Shown: positions 19,159 to 29,188 of the stretch, in pieces
Layout of the letters: every line of letters starts with the position of its first letter
Numbering within the stretch: position 1 is the stretch's first letter
Assembly (NCBI GenBank): GCA_965231125.1
Contig: OZ246414.1
Span: forward strand, 448,137 to 512,136
Length of the DNA stretch: 64,000 nt
Direction: 5' to 3'
Source: an uncultured Gammaproteobacteria bacterium
Lineage (GTDB): Bacteria > Patescibacteriota > Microgenomatia > Woykebacterales > RBG-16-39-9b
Translations under genes and position numbers: made by a program
Notes under the pieces: model-generated
What the model saw: only the letters and a program-made list of their open reading frames with translations
Database searches by the model: none
Told to the model about the DNA's origin: nothing

Positions 19159-19268
19159 GTTTTAAGATGATGGAAGAATTCAAAAGTAAAAAAATTGCAT
19201 AGCCTTTATGGCGCAGCAACCGACAATGTTTTAAAGAGAAAACACCTAAATTATGAGAATATTGTGCT

Positions 19269-20645
19269 ATGAATAAAGTAGATTTCAAAAATAAAAAGGT
19301 TGCTATTTTGGGTTTAGGTATTGAAGGTCTTTCCAGTCTTAAATACCTTGTTAAGCATGGGGCGCAAGTTTCCGTTTTGGACGAAAAGGAGGAAGACCAA
19401 ATCGATTCGGTAATTTTAAGTGAGGCGAAAAAACTTGCTTCCGGCTTTTCGTTTGGAAAAAATTACTTATCGAACCTTGCCGACTTTAACATGATTAGTC
19501 GTTCCCCTGGGGTTCGTCCGGATCTTCCGGAAATTCTCGAAGCAAAAGACCGTGGTGTAGAGGTTGCAAGCAACATGAAGTTGTTTTTCGACCACAGCGG
19601 GGCAAAAATTATTGGTGTTACCGGAACGAAGGGGAAGGGCACAACTACCACTTTGATTGGCGAAATGTTGAAGAAAGGTGGGTACAAGGCTTTCGTTGGT
19701 GGAAATATTGGGCAACCGCCACTTGATTTTCTTGATGATGTGGGCTCTCGTGATTGGGTAGTGCTGGAATTGTCCAGCTTTCAACTAATGGACATGGAGA
19801 AAAGCCCCCATATCGCCGTGGTTTTAATGGTGACAAGTGAGCATTTGGATTGGCACAAAAATTCGAAAGAGTACGTAGACGCGAAGTACAATATTGTTTC
19901 TCACCAAACGGAAAAGGATTTAGCCGTCATCAACTCTGACTATCGTTCTTCCGTGGTTTTTGCGCAACATTCGAAAGCAGAAAAAGTTTGGGTTAGTCTC
20001 GCGAATGAAGAGGATCCGGGAGTGTTTGTTAAAGACGACAAAATTTGGCGCTGGTTCCGCGGTAAACACGAGGAAATTATTAATACTAGTGAGGTAATGT
20101 TGCCCGGCCGCCACAACTTGGAAAATGCTTGCGCGGCGGTTGCAACTGCGTCCGTTGTGGGAGTTTCAGCTAGCGATATCCGTAACGTTCTGCGCGAATT
20201 TCCAGGTTTGGAGCATCGGCTTGAACTCGTTCGAGAATGGGAAGGGAAAAGTTTCTACAATGATACCTTTTCGACCACTCCAGAAACAGCAATCGCGGCA
20301 CTTAGATCTTTTGAGAAACCAATGACAGTGATTCTGGGTGGAAGTTCAAAGAATTCGGATTATACCGAGCTTGGGGAAGAAGTTGTTAATAATAAGCATT
20401 TGGTTAACGTAGTGTTAATCGGAGAAACAGCGGGGGAGATTGAAAAGGCAATCAAAAGAGCCGGCAAGCCAAAAGCAAAATTGCTACATGGAAAAGGGGA
20501 TTTCGAAGAAATCATTAAACTCGCTACTCAGGTTACCCCCAAAGGTGGAATCGTATTACTCTCCCCCGCCTGCGCAAGTTTTGATATGTTCGAGAACTAC
20601 AAAAAAAGGGGCGAACAATTTAAACGGATTGTAAACTCTTTTTAA
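19269..20645 (+). CDS. murD: UDP-MurNAc-L-Ala:D-glutamate ligase MurD
   Basis: GLGIEG, SPG, TGTKGKGTT, ELSSFQL, HLDWH, LSPACASFDMF. Confidence 0.96.
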   Translation: MNKVDFKNKKVAILGLGIEGLSSLKYLVKHGAQVSVLDEKEEDQIDSVILSEAKKLASGFSFGKNYLSNLADFNMISRSPGVRPDLPEILEAKDRGVEVASNMKLFFDHSGAKIIGVTGTKGKGTTTTLIGEMLKKGGYKAFVGGNIGQPPLDFLDDVGSRDWVVLELSSFQLMDMEKSPHIAVVLMVTSEHLDWHKNSKEYVDAKYNIVSHQTEKDLAVINSDYRSSVVFAQHSKAEKVWVSLANEEDPGVFVKDDKIWRWFRGKHEEIINTSEVMLPGRHNLENACAAVATASVVGVSASDIRNVLREFPGLEHRLELVREWEGKSFYNDTFSTTPETAIAALRSFEKPMTVILGGSSKNSDYTELGEEVVNNKHLVNVVLIGETAGEIEKAIKRAGKPKAKLLHGKGDFEEIIKLATQVTPKGGIVLLSPACASFDMFENYKKRGEQFKRIVNSF

Positions 20646-21394
20646 AGGAATTTAAAGGTTGAGATTATTTCCTCAGCTAATGTTGAAGGTCTATATACTA
20701 TCTCAAAGATATTGCCGTTAGTCTCAGTTATAAGAATTGTTAGGGACTTGTTTTCAAAAAGTACATAACCACTGCTCGTATGGTAGGAGTTGGAACCAGA
20801 GAATGTGTAACGGAAAGCGGTGCTGCCGGCGACATCAGTTTTATCTAGAGATGATATTTCCTTTGCGCTTTTCTTGTTTAAGCCATAAGTTTTTTGAGCA
20901 ATTTCTTCTAGATCTCCTGAAGTATTGTCTTTTTTATTAACTTCAATAATGACCGATGTATCTTCCTTAGAACTATAACTGATATTTAACTGTCCTTTCT
21001 CGAAACTCTTTCTGGGCTTCCAATTAGTAAATGCTACTATTCCAGAATCCTTTGTATCAGAAATATCTGCTGTTGTAGCACCTGTACTTATCACCTGATT
21101 AAGCACATTTATTTCTTTAGGATATTTCATACTATATTTGTATTTTGAATTTGTATATACCTTCCAATCAGCAGTTTCGTTTTTGGTAGCGGAATTGGTA
21201 GCAGTTTTGGTTGTTGGAGTTTGGGTTGGAGTTTCTTTTGGTTTTGAAGAGTAAGCATCGTAAGCGAAAAAACCGCCTCCAAGTAGTAGCATACCGGCTG
21301 CTACGCCAATTAATATATGTAACCAATTTAGACCAGATTTTACTTGCGGAGGTTGTGTCGGAGCCGTTTGTTGGTATTTAGATTCTTCAGGCAT
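20642..21394 (-). CDS. Single-pass surface protein, family copy B (antisense within the dcw cluster)
   Basis: MPEE..., TM helix, TKTATNSATKNETADWKVY, KYP, C-terminal IISTFKFL. Confidence 0.8.
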   Translation of the reverse strand: MPEESKYQQTAPTQPPQVKSGLNWLHILIGVAAGMLLLGGGFFAYDAYSSKPKETPTQTPTTKTATNSATKNETADWKVYTNSKYKYSMKYPKEINVLNQVISTGATTADISDTKDSGIVAFTNWKPRKSFEKGQLNISYSSKEDTSVIIEVNKKDNTSGDLEEIAQKTYGLNKKSAKEISSLDKTDVAGSTAFRYTFSGSNSYHTSSGYVLFENKSLTILITETNGNIFEIVYRPSTLAEEIISTFKFL

Positions 21395-21448
21395 TATTTT
21401 AAGTATACTACAAGCAAAACTCGTTTTGCAAACATATAAGCACTAAAA

Positions 21449-21472
21449 GTACAATATACCAGTATATTGTAC
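21449..21472. promoter_or_regulatory. Perfect 11-2-11 palindrome GTACAATATAC-CA-GTATATTGTAC (copy 2)
   Basis: Read directly; matches 11606-11629 with one paired substitution. Confidence 0.7.
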
Positions 21473-21499
21473 GTATTGTATGAAACCAAACAAGAAATT

Positions 21500-21540
21500 A
21501 ACCCTGTAACCCACTAACCTACAAACCCTCTAACCCACCA
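21500..21540. repeat. Degenerate 8-bp tandem repeat (AACCnnnn x5)
   Basis: aaccctgt aacccact aacctaca aaccctct aacccacc. Confidence 0.55.
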
Positions 21541-21589
21541 ATTGTTGTCCTAGAGTAACATTACTGATATACTAAGTTTTGGCCTGCCT

Positions 21590-22684
21590 ATGAAAGCAAA
21601 ATCTCAAACACACCGCCCGGATATAATCCTTCTTTCCACCAGCGTCTTAGTCATTCTCTTTGGGCTTTTAATGGTTTACGATGCCTCGCCGGTTACCGCT
21701 TTGCGGGATTTTGGCGATCCATTTTATTTAGCCCGCCTTCAATTAATTTGGGCTGTGGCTGCTCTTGCCGCCGGAATAGTCGCTTACAAAATTAATTACA
21801 AAATCCTTAACACGCTGTCGCCACTAATTATTTTGGGAGCTGTCTCCCTACTGCTTGCAGTTTTCATTCCTGGTGTTGGGGTGCGGATTTATGGCGCGCA
21901 GCGCTGGATTAGTGTTGGCGGGATCTTTTCTCTGCAGCCAGCGGAAATTGTAAAACTTGCTTACGTTATCTACCTAGCAAGCTGGCTTTCAAAAAAAGCG
22001 AGACTGGCACCATTTATATTTGTTACCGCTCTCGTGGCCGGGGTTGTTTTACTCCAGAAAGATTTAGGAACGACTGTGGTTATCTCCGCAACCGGCCTGA
22101 TACTTTACTTTTTGGCAGAAGCGCCTTTAATCCACTTTTTTACTTTAATTCCGGCTGGCATTTTAGCAGCCGCAGTTTTTATTTTAAGTTCGGATTACCG
22201 CCGGGCCCGACTTTTAAGTTTTTTGAACCCCAACGCCGACCCCCAAGGAGCTTCTTACCATATCAATCAGATTCTAATCGCCTTAGGGTCCGGAGGCCTT
22301 TTGGGTGTTGGTTTGGGGGAATCCAGGCAAAAGTACGGTTTTATTCCCGAAGTTACAACTGACTCGATATTTGCTGTTATCGGCAATGAACTTGGTTTTA
22401 TCGGAGCAACGATACTAATTATTTTGTTTTTGGCGGTTGTCACTCGCGGTTTTCAAATAGCCAGAAAAACAGATGATAAATTTGGCAAACTTTTAGCCGC
22501 CGGAATAGCGTCTTGGATTGGGGTTCAAACTTTCATCAATCTAGCCGGTATGGTGGCTCTTCTACCCTTAACTGGTGTTCCGCTTCCGCTTATCTCTTAT
22601 GGAGGCAGTTCCTTGGTATCAACCGTAGTTGGTGTAGCTTTGCTCCTTAACATTTCGAGATTTACTTCAAAGAATATTAGTTAG
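21590..22684 (+). CDS. ftsW: Peptidoglycan glycosyltransferase FtsW
   Basis: GAQRWI, QPAEIVK, QKDLGT, PEVTTDSIF, PLTGVPLPLISYGGSS; upstream of murG. Confidence 0.94.
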   Translation: MKAKSQTHRPDIILLSTSVLVILFGLLMVYDASPVTALRDFGDPFYLARLQLIWAVAALAAGIVAYKINYKILNTLSPLIILGAVSLLLAVFIPGVGVRIYGAQRWISVGGIFSLQPAEIVKLAYVIYLASWLSKKARLAPFIFVTALVAGVVLLQKDLGTTVVISATGLILYFLAEAPLIHFFTLIPAGILAAAVFILSSDYRRARLLSFLNPNADPQGASYHINQILIALGSGGLLGVGLGESRQKYGFIPEVTTDSIFAVIGNELGFIGATILIILFLAVVTRGFQIARKTDDKFGKLLAAGIASWIGVQTFINLAGMVALLPLTGVPLPLISYGGSSLVSTVVGVALLLNISRFTSKNIS

Positions 22685-22755
22685 GAGAGTTTTTTAGTGG
22701 TATAAGCGCAGATTACATCCGCGCTTGTATCATAAAATGATATAATATACTACCA

Positions 22756-23859
22756 ATGAAGATTGCACTTACTGGAGGGCACCTTACCACGGCACTTGCC
22801 GTCATCGATGAGTTAGAGAAGACTCAGGCGGAGCTGATTTTTTTAGGCAGAGCGACAGCTACCGAAGGGGATAAGGCTCCAAGTGCGGAATCTGTTATTG
22901 TACCTGGCTTGGGAATAAAGTTTTACCCAATTAAAGTTGGGAGACTTCAGCGGCGTTTTAGCCTTTATACAATACCAAGCATAGCTAGGGTCCCGGCCGG
23001 TTTTGTCCAGTCTCTAATTATTTTGGGTAAAGAAAGGCCAGACGCCATTGTTTCGTTTGGGAGCTACGTTGCTTTCCCGGTTGTTTTAGCAGGTTGGGTT
23101 CTTGGAATCCCGACAATAACTCACGAACAGACAGTTAAAGCCGGCCTTGCAAACAGGTTAATTTCTTTTTTCGCCAAAAAAGTCGCTGTCGCTTGGAAAG
23201 AGTCTTTAGAATATTTTCCTAAAGATAAAAGTGTTCTCGTCGGCAACCCGGTGCGGGCCGAACTCTTAAATTTAAAGAAAGTGAGAACTTCTCGGCCGGC
23301 AGTTTTAATTACTGGTGGAAACCAAGGTTCCCACGTAATAAATGAAGCAGTTACTGATATTCTTGCCGATTTATTAAAAAACTACGAAGTAATTCATCAG
23401 ACTGGTGGTAGTGAGGTTTACAAAGACTTCGAGAAACTTAAAGCCGCGAGCCGCCTGCTACCAAAAAAGCTCTCGTCTCGCTATAAAATAGCAAAATGGT
23501 TTAATACCAAAGAATTAATCGAGATCTTTTCGAGAGTAGATGTTTTGGTTGGTAGAGCCGGTGCCAATACAGTTAGCGAGGCAGCCGCCCTAGGGATACC
23601 GGCGGTTTTTATCCCGATACCGTGGGCAACTGGCGATGAGCAAACCAAAAACGCCAAGATTTTGGAAAGCATGGGTGCGGCTGTGATATTGCCACAAGAT
23701 AGACTCACCCCAAAAAGGCTTTTAAATAGTATCGATTATATTATAAAAAACTACAGAGACTTTAAATCAAAAGCGAGAGGGGCGAGAAGATTAGTGGATA
23801 ACAAGGCAGCGGCGAACTTTGCCCAAGAAATAGAAGCATTAGTTTCGTCTAATGTTTAA
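22756..23859 (+). CDS. murG: MurG GlcNAc transferase
   Basis: TGGH, HEQ, GNPVR, TGGNQGS, GRAGANT, EQTKNA. Confidence 0.95.
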   Translation: MKIALTGGHLTTALAVIDELEKTQAELIFLGRATATEGDKAPSAESVIVPGLGIKFYPIKVGRLQRRFSLYTIPSIARVPAGFVQSLIILGKERPDAIVSFGSYVAFPVVLAGWVLGIPTITHEQTVKAGLANRLISFFAKKVAVAWKESLEYFPKDKSVLVGNPVRAELLNLKKVRTSRPAVLITGGNQGSHVINEAVTDILADLLKNYEVIHQTGGSEVYKDFEKLKAASRLLPKKLSSRYKIAKWFNTKELIEIFSRVDVLVGRAGANTVSEAAALGIPAVFIPIPWATGDEQTKNAKILESMGAAVILPQDRLTPKRLLNSIDYIIKNYRDFKSKARGARRLVDNKAAANFAQEIEALVSSNV

Positions 23860-24340
23860 ATTTAGAAGAAGAAAATTTTCAGCGAAAAGAAAGAATTTGG
23901 TTTTTGATAAGCCTAATACAAAAATTAGAAGAATTTTGTTTTTTGTCGAAGTAGCCTTAGTTATTTTAGTTGTTTTAGGGGTGGGTTGGAGTTTGGGTAG
24001 GGTGTTTAAATTTTCACCCGATTTTTTTGGAGATAGTTTGGGAAGTGTATTTCCTAAGGGAGCATCTTCATTAACTCCCACAAAGACAAACGACAAGACC
24101 CAGCAGATATTAAACAATCTGCCAACGGGTTTATTTACGCTCAAAAATGTCAAGAGGAGGACAGCCGATTATTTGGTTGTCGTCTCTAAACAAAAAACAA
24201 CGGTAGTATTTTCTTTGAACAAAAATATTAATTTTCAGCTTACTACTTTACAAAATATTTTAACTAAGGCTAAAATAAATAGGAGAGGTGTTAGTCGAGT
24301 AGACCTGAGATTTGATAAAATTGTAGTTGTCTATAATTAA
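23852..24340 (+). CDS. ftsQ: Short FtsQ/DivIB-like protein
   Basis: Between murG and ftsA; basic N-terminus, TM helix, C-terminal VDLRF motif. Confidence 0.6.
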   Translation: MFKFRRRKFSAKRKNLVFDKPNTKIRRILFFVEVALVILVVLGVGWSLGRVFKFSPDFFGDSLGSVFPKGASSLTPTKTNDKTQQILNNLPTGLFTLKNVKRRTADYLVVVSKQKTTVVFSLNKNINFQLTTLQNILTKAKINRRGVSRVDLRFDKIVVVYN

Positions 24341-24394
24341 CTAATCAACTGCCCATGGTTGTATAATAAATGGGGGATAGTTTTGGAGTAAAAA

Positions 24395-25672
24395 GTGGCA
24401 AAAGAAAGAATAATAGTCGGAGTAGACATTGGTTCATCAAAAATTGCGACGGTAGTAGCTTCTTTATCTTCTGAAGGCACTCCAACGGTGATTGGGGTTG
24501 CCACAGTTGCCTCCAAAGGAATTAGAAAAGGTCAAGTTGTTGATATCGATGAAGCAGTAGCCGCAATGTCTGAGGCTTTGGAACAAGCCGAACGAATGGC
24601 TGGTGTTTCCATAGGCAGCTCGTTTGTTTCTGTTGGAGGATCTCATATTAGCTCGGTTAACTCCCGTGGAGTTGTGGCGGTTGCGGGCGGTGAAAATGAA
24701 ATTACCGAAGAAGATGTTGCTAGAGTTACCGAGGCGGCTCGAGCGATTTCCATACCTTCATCGCGCGAAATAATTCACGTTATAGCCCGAGATTTTGTTG
24801 TTGATTCCCAAGAAGGTATTAAAGATCCGGTTGGGATGACTGGTGTTCGTCTTGAAGTTGAAACTCATATTATCTCCGGCGCTGTAACTTCGATGCGAAA
24901 TTTGGTTAAGTGTGTTCAGCAGATTGGTGTTGATGTGGAAGGATTAGTCTTTTCTGGGGTCGCTTCGGCCGAAAGCACTCTAACTGACACAGAAAAAGAG
25001 CTTGGTGTCGCTTTAGTAGATATTGGGGGCGGAACCACCGACGTTGCTTTATTTGTTGATGGGTCAATCGCTCATTCAGTGGTTATACCGATTGGTGGTA
25101 GGAATATCACCAATGATTTAGCAATTGGATTGCGCAGTTCCCTTGAAACGGCGGAAAAAATTAAGATCGCTATCTCCTCAGAGCCTAAGAAAATTACGGC
25201 AGAAGAGCCCGAAGAAGGCTCGAAAGAAAAATCTGATACTTTAGATGTTTCGAAGCTAGGAATAACTGAGGATTTAGGTGTGCTTTCCAAAAAGACTCTA
25301 CTTGAGGGAATAATAAAACCACGTCTTACTGAAATATTTACTTTAATTGGCATGGAAATAAAACGTTCTGGTTACGCTGGGCTTTTGCCGGCAGGTTTGG
25401 TTATTACCGGAGGGGCTGCCAAAACTATGGGTATTGAAGTGGTTGGTAAAGAAGTTTTACGGATGCCAGTCAGGGTTGCCGAACCTTCCGGAGTTGGTGG
25501 CATAATTGATGAGGTTTCGTCCCCAGATTATTCCGCTTCAATTGGTTTGATTCTTTACGGAGCAAAACTTAGTAGTGAGGGTTCTGGTATTAGCTTACCC
25601 ATCGGTAAGGGTGTAAATCTTCCGGGCTCTTTAAGGCGCATTATTTCTTGGCTGCGTTCTCTTATCCCCTGA
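24395..25672 (+). CDS. ftsA: Cell division protein FtsA
   Basis: VDIGSSKI, PVGMTGVRLE, DIGGGTTD, ITGG. Confidence 0.97.
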   Translation: MAKERIIVGVDIGSSKIATVVASLSSEGTPTVIGVATVASKGIRKGQVVDIDEAVAAMSEALEQAERMAGVSIGSSFVSVGGSHISSVNSRGVVAVAGGENEITEEDVARVTEAARAISIPSSREIIHVIARDFVVDSQEGIKDPVGMTGVRLEVETHIISGAVTSMRNLVKCVQQIGVDVEGLVFSGVASAESTLTDTEKELGVALVDIGGGTTDVALFVDGSIAHSVVIPIGGRNITNDLAIGLRSSLETAEKIKIAISSEPKKITAEEPEEGSKEKSDTLDVSKLGITEDLGVLSKKTLLEGIIKPRLTEIFTLIGMEIKRSGYAGLLPAGLVITGGAAKTMGIEVVGKEVLRMPVRVAEPSGVGGIIDEVSSPDYSASIGLILYGAKLSSEGSGISLPIGKGVNLPGSLRRIISWLRSLIP

Positions 25673-25731
25673 ACCGGCTTAAAGATTGACAAATTTGACA
25701 AAAGTGTTAAATTAAGTGTACTCTTTTTCCT

Positions 25732-26826
25732 ATGCTGATAAAACCGGAAGTTAATCGATTTGCAAAGATAAAAGTTATTGGTATTGGTGGCGGTGGTTGT
25801 AACGCTCTAAACTCCATGATTAGTCTCCAACAAATCCAGGGCGTCGATTTTATCGGTGTAAATACCGATGCTCAGGCGCTTCTTACTTGTCAAGCTCCAA
25901 CTAAAGTCCAAATTGGTGAACAACTCACCCGCGGTTTAGGTTCGGGTGGAGATCCAGAAATTGGTCGAAAAGCATCCGAAGAATCCGTAGAGAAACTTAC
26001 TGAGGTGGTTGCCGATGCCGACATGGTTTTTATCACGGCCGGTATGGGTGGTGGTACTGGTACTGGGGCTTCTCCGTCGATTGCTGATGCTGCCAGAAAA
26101 AGTGGCGCCCTGACAGTGGCAGTTGTGACAAAGCCGTTTTCTTTTGAAGGTGCACAGAGGCGTTTAGCCAGCGAAGAGGGAATCGACAATCTTAAAGACA
26201 AAGTGGACACTATGATTGTTATCCCCAACCAGAGGCTTTTAGATGTAGTTGATAAAAAGATGAGTCTTTTAGAAGCTTTTAAAGTGGCCGACTCAGTTCT
26301 TGGGCAAGGTGTTCAAGGAATTTCCGATATAATTGTAATGCCAGGATTGATTAACGTAGATTTTGCGGACGTGCGCACAATTATGACCAACGCTGGTAGT
26401 GCTTTGATGGGTATTGGGTTTGGAACCGGCGAAGGAAAAGCCTCTTCTGCCGCCAGATCCGCCATCGCTTCCCCACTTCTTGAGGTTTCAATTGAAGGAG
26501 CGAAGGGGATTCTTTTCAATTTGACTGGTGGACCTGATCTTTCTATGTTTGAAGTGGATGAGGCGGCAAAAATTATCTCGTCAGCTGCCAATTCTGATGC
26601 CAACATAATTTTTGGGGCGGCTATTGATGAGTCTATGGTAGACCAAGTGAAAATAACCGTAATCGCCACTGGCTTCTCGGAAGATAAACTGCGATCGATC
26701 GAAGCCAAAGAAGCCGCTGAAGCTCTTCCTGATATTTCCGGAGGAAAAACCGATGGAAGTGGGGAAGGAAAGCAAGAAGAAGAACAAGACGAATTCGACA
26801 TCCCCGCATTTATGCGCCAACGCTAG
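25732..26826 (+). CDS. ftsZ: Cell division protein FtsZ
   Basis: GGGTGTG, NVDFAD, C-terminal DIPAFMR. Confidence 0.99.
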   Translation: MLIKPEVNRFAKIKVIGIGGGGCNALNSMISLQQIQGVDFIGVNTDAQALLTCQAPTKVQIGEQLTRGLGSGGDPEIGRKASEESVEKLTEVVADADMVFITAGMGGGTGTGASPSIADAARKSGALTVAVVTKPFSFEGAQRRLASEEGIDNLKDKVDTMIVIPNQRLLDVVDKKMSLLEAFKVADSVLGQGVQGISDIIVMPGLINVDFADVRTIMTNAGSALMGIGFGTGEGKASSAARSAIASPLLEVSIEGAKGILFNLTGGPDLSMFEVDEAAKIISSAANSDANIIFGAAIDESMVDQVKITVIATGFSEDKLRSIEAKEAAEALPDISGGKTDGSGEGKQEEEQDEFDIPAFMRQR

Positions 26827-26882
26827 ATTTCAGGTTTAACCATCTTGTTTTACAGTTTCCCTGATGGTACAATTTCACTAAT

Positions 26883-27083
26883 ATGAAGCCAAAAGTAGAT
26901 ACAGAGATTTACTCAACCAAAGATTATGTTTTGATTAAAGTACCTCGCAAAGTGGAAGGTAAAAGTACTAGTGGAAAAGGAATAGACGCCTTGCGTGGAG
27001 GCCTGAAAGATTCTTTCAAAGATATTTCCTCAGTGGACTTGCAGCATAAAATCGCAACTCTTTGGCAGAGAGCCCGCAAGTAG
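26883..27083 (+). CDS. Small protein, probable antitoxin of the PIN toxin
   Basis: 66 aa directly upstream of the PIN gene; C-terminal SSVDLQH..W pattern. Confidence 0.6.
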   Translation: MKPKVDTEIYSTKDYVLIKVPRKVEGKSTSGKGIDALRGGLKDSFKDISSVDLQHKIATLWQRARK

Positions 27084-27088
27084 ACCAA

Positions 27089-27502
27089 GTGAATAGGTAC
27101 CTCTTTGACACAAACATATTTCTAGAATTCCTTTTAGACCAAGAACGAGCAGATGAAGCTGAAACTCTTTTGAGGCAGCTTGGAGAAGGTAAAATCAATG
27201 CTTTTATAGCTACTTTTACACTACACTCAATTGAGGTTATATTGTTCTCTTCAGGTCAAATAGATTTGTTAATTTCCTTTATTGAGCAGTTATCAAACTT
27301 TAAAGGTTTGACTATTTACCCTACAAATTTAGAGGAAGAGTATGAAATTGCCCAGCTAACCAAGAAATTAAAGTTGGATTTTGACGATTCACTGCATTAT
27401 TATGTAGCGAAAAAGCTAAACCTGCAGCTAGTAAGTTTTGATAGACATTTTGACAAGGTAGATATTGCAAGAAAAGAGCCTAAAGACATAATTCAAGCTT
27501 AG
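27089..27502 (+). CDS. PIN-domain (VapC-like) ribonuclease
   Basis: YLFDTNIF, E, LDFDDSLHY, SFDRHFD; GTG 27089 preferred over 27062. Confidence 0.88.
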   Translation: MNRYLFDTNIFLEFLLDQERADEAETLLRQLGEGKINAFIATFTLHSIEVILFSSGQIDLLISFIEQLSNFKGLTIYPTNLEEEYEIAQLTKKLKLDFDDSLHYYVAKKLNLQLVSFDRHFDKVDIARKEPKDIIQA

Positions 27503-27566
27503 GGGTAAAAAGTTCTAGTCAAAGGTCTCTCTTGTTGACAGTATATTTATTTTGTATAATGAAACC

Positions 27567-28248
27567 ATTCCTGAAGAAACTAATCAACCCGCACCAACTC
27601 AACCAACGCCCCAGGGATTTAATTGGAAGAATATTCTAATTGGAGTGGTTATTGGTGCAGTTCTTTGGTGGAGGTGGGTATTTAGTCTACAACGCCTATC
27701 AACCTAAGAAAGAAGAACCCAAACAAACCACAACAACCACAACCAAAACGGCTACACCTTCAGCCCAAAAAGATGAAACAGCAGGTTGGAAGGTTTATTC
27801 CGATACAGATGCTAAGTTTTCAATAAAATATCCAGATAATTGGTATTACAATGATTTCAAAAAGTACACCCGAGATAATTGTAAGAAAGAACCTGGTATA
27901 GTTGGAGGTATAGTTTTATCTTCGACGGAAAAAGATTTAAAGTGTGTTATTGGAGTACGTGGTCCTACTGGAAAAGTCTTGGCCGATTTTGAAGTCCAAG
28001 TCTTAGATGAGGAGTGGGGTGATATTGAAGTTCTTACTCAAATGGGTGGGAAAGCTGAAATGATTACAATTGATGGTGTTGGGGCCGCAAAATATATAAC
28101 AAGCGTTGGAGAGCCTGGGTGCGCATGTACTAGAATATATTTTGACAAGAGCGGTAGAGGTTACTACGTTGAGTTTGTAAATAAAGATTCAAAGGGAAAC
28201 CACGATTCGGTTTACGACAATATACTTTCAACCTTCAGATTTGAGTAA
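27567..28248 (+). pseudogene. Surface protein family copy C, start codon lost (ATT) and frameshifted near 27663
   Basis: ATT-PEETNQPAPTQP...GFNWKNILIGVVIGAVL in one frame continues as GGGGYLVYNAY...ETAGWKVY...ILSTFRFE in the next frame. Confidence 0.75.
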
Positions 28249-28445
28249 CTCACTGCAGGCAATTTCCTCGACTGATTATTTTTCCTTACTTGCTTTGCAA
28301 TTTCTAAGGATATATAATTTGGCCAACAAACTATCTATTCACGTCACCATTTTTAATGAAAGGGGAAAGATTAGTGGAGGAAGACCAATATTCCTACTCC
28401 CCACTAATTTGCCTAAATTATCTCTTCTAGATTATAATTTAGTTA

Positions 28446-28958
28446 ATGTCCGAACCCACCGTTGAAGAAGTTTTAAGCCTTAGTGACGAGTCTAAACCTC
28501 AGAAAAAATCCTCGGTAGTATCGGTAATTCTCGCGCTATTCTTAATACCTCCGCTTGGAATCGCCATGGTTTGGAAGCAAAGAGAGCACCACCGTCTTTA
28601 TGCTTTGTATACAATAGTCTCAGGAATCCTAAATTTACTACTTGGTTTTTCTGTCTACGGGTTTATCCGCGATCTCCCCGTCTTGTATAAAGGGCTCGGA
28701 GTAGGGGCGAGTGAGCCTAACTTAATTTACCAACTAATACTGCCTGTTTTATTTGGTCTGCTACAGGTAGCACTTGGTTATGTATCTTTCAAAAAAGCCA
28801 AAAGCGCTGGTTTTCTGTCCACGGGTTGGTTAGTCTGGTTGACGGCTCTTGCCGCCATTAACATCTTAATAGGTCCGGTACTAGCCGGCTCAATATTTTT
28901 TTCAGTACTTGGGACGATTTATAATAACGCGAGTAGCGCATACAACGTTCCTTATTAA
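28446..28958 (+). CDS. Hypothetical multi-pass membrane protein
   Basis: 170 aa, about 4 hydrophobic segments; TATAAT 7 nt upstream of ATG. Confidence 0.75.
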   Translation: MSEPTVEEVLSLSDESKPQKKSSVVSVILALFLIPPLGIAMVWKQREHHRLYALYTIVSGILNLLLGFSVYGFIRDLPVLYKGLGVGASEPNLIYQLILPVLFGLLQVALGYVSFKKAKSAGFLSTGWLVWLTALAAINILIGPVLAGSIFFSVLGTIYNNASSAYNVPY

Positions 28959-29030
28959 CTGCGCGAACACCGCAACCTCTAGTAAAGTTTGACAGTTGAC
29001 AGAAAAGCTTTTCGCCCGTATATTTTAAGG

Positions 29031-29186
29031 GTGCCAGAAGAACCGAATAAAGAGTACCAAAAACCAGAAAAAGGCTACTCCAAAAACAAATTTTGGCGCT
29101 ATTTAATAATCTACATCATAGTTGGAATTATTATTTACGCTATCGCCTATTTCCTTTTCCTTCACAAAGGTTCTAGCGCATATTAA
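29031..29186 (+). CDS. Small single-TM protein (MPEEPN...)
   Basis: TTGACA-17 bp-TATATT then GTG 6 nt later; one hydrophobic helix; stop 2 nt before the next gene. Confidence 0.65.
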   Translation: MPEEPNKEYQKPEKGYSKNKFWRYLIIYIIVGIIIYAIAYFLFLHKGSSAY

Positions 29187-29188
29187 AT

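Noticed and set aside
27640-27662. ORF-track start MEWLLVQF for copy C
   Set aside because: Wrong-frame sequence upstream of the frameshift; the homologous N-terminus is in another frame.
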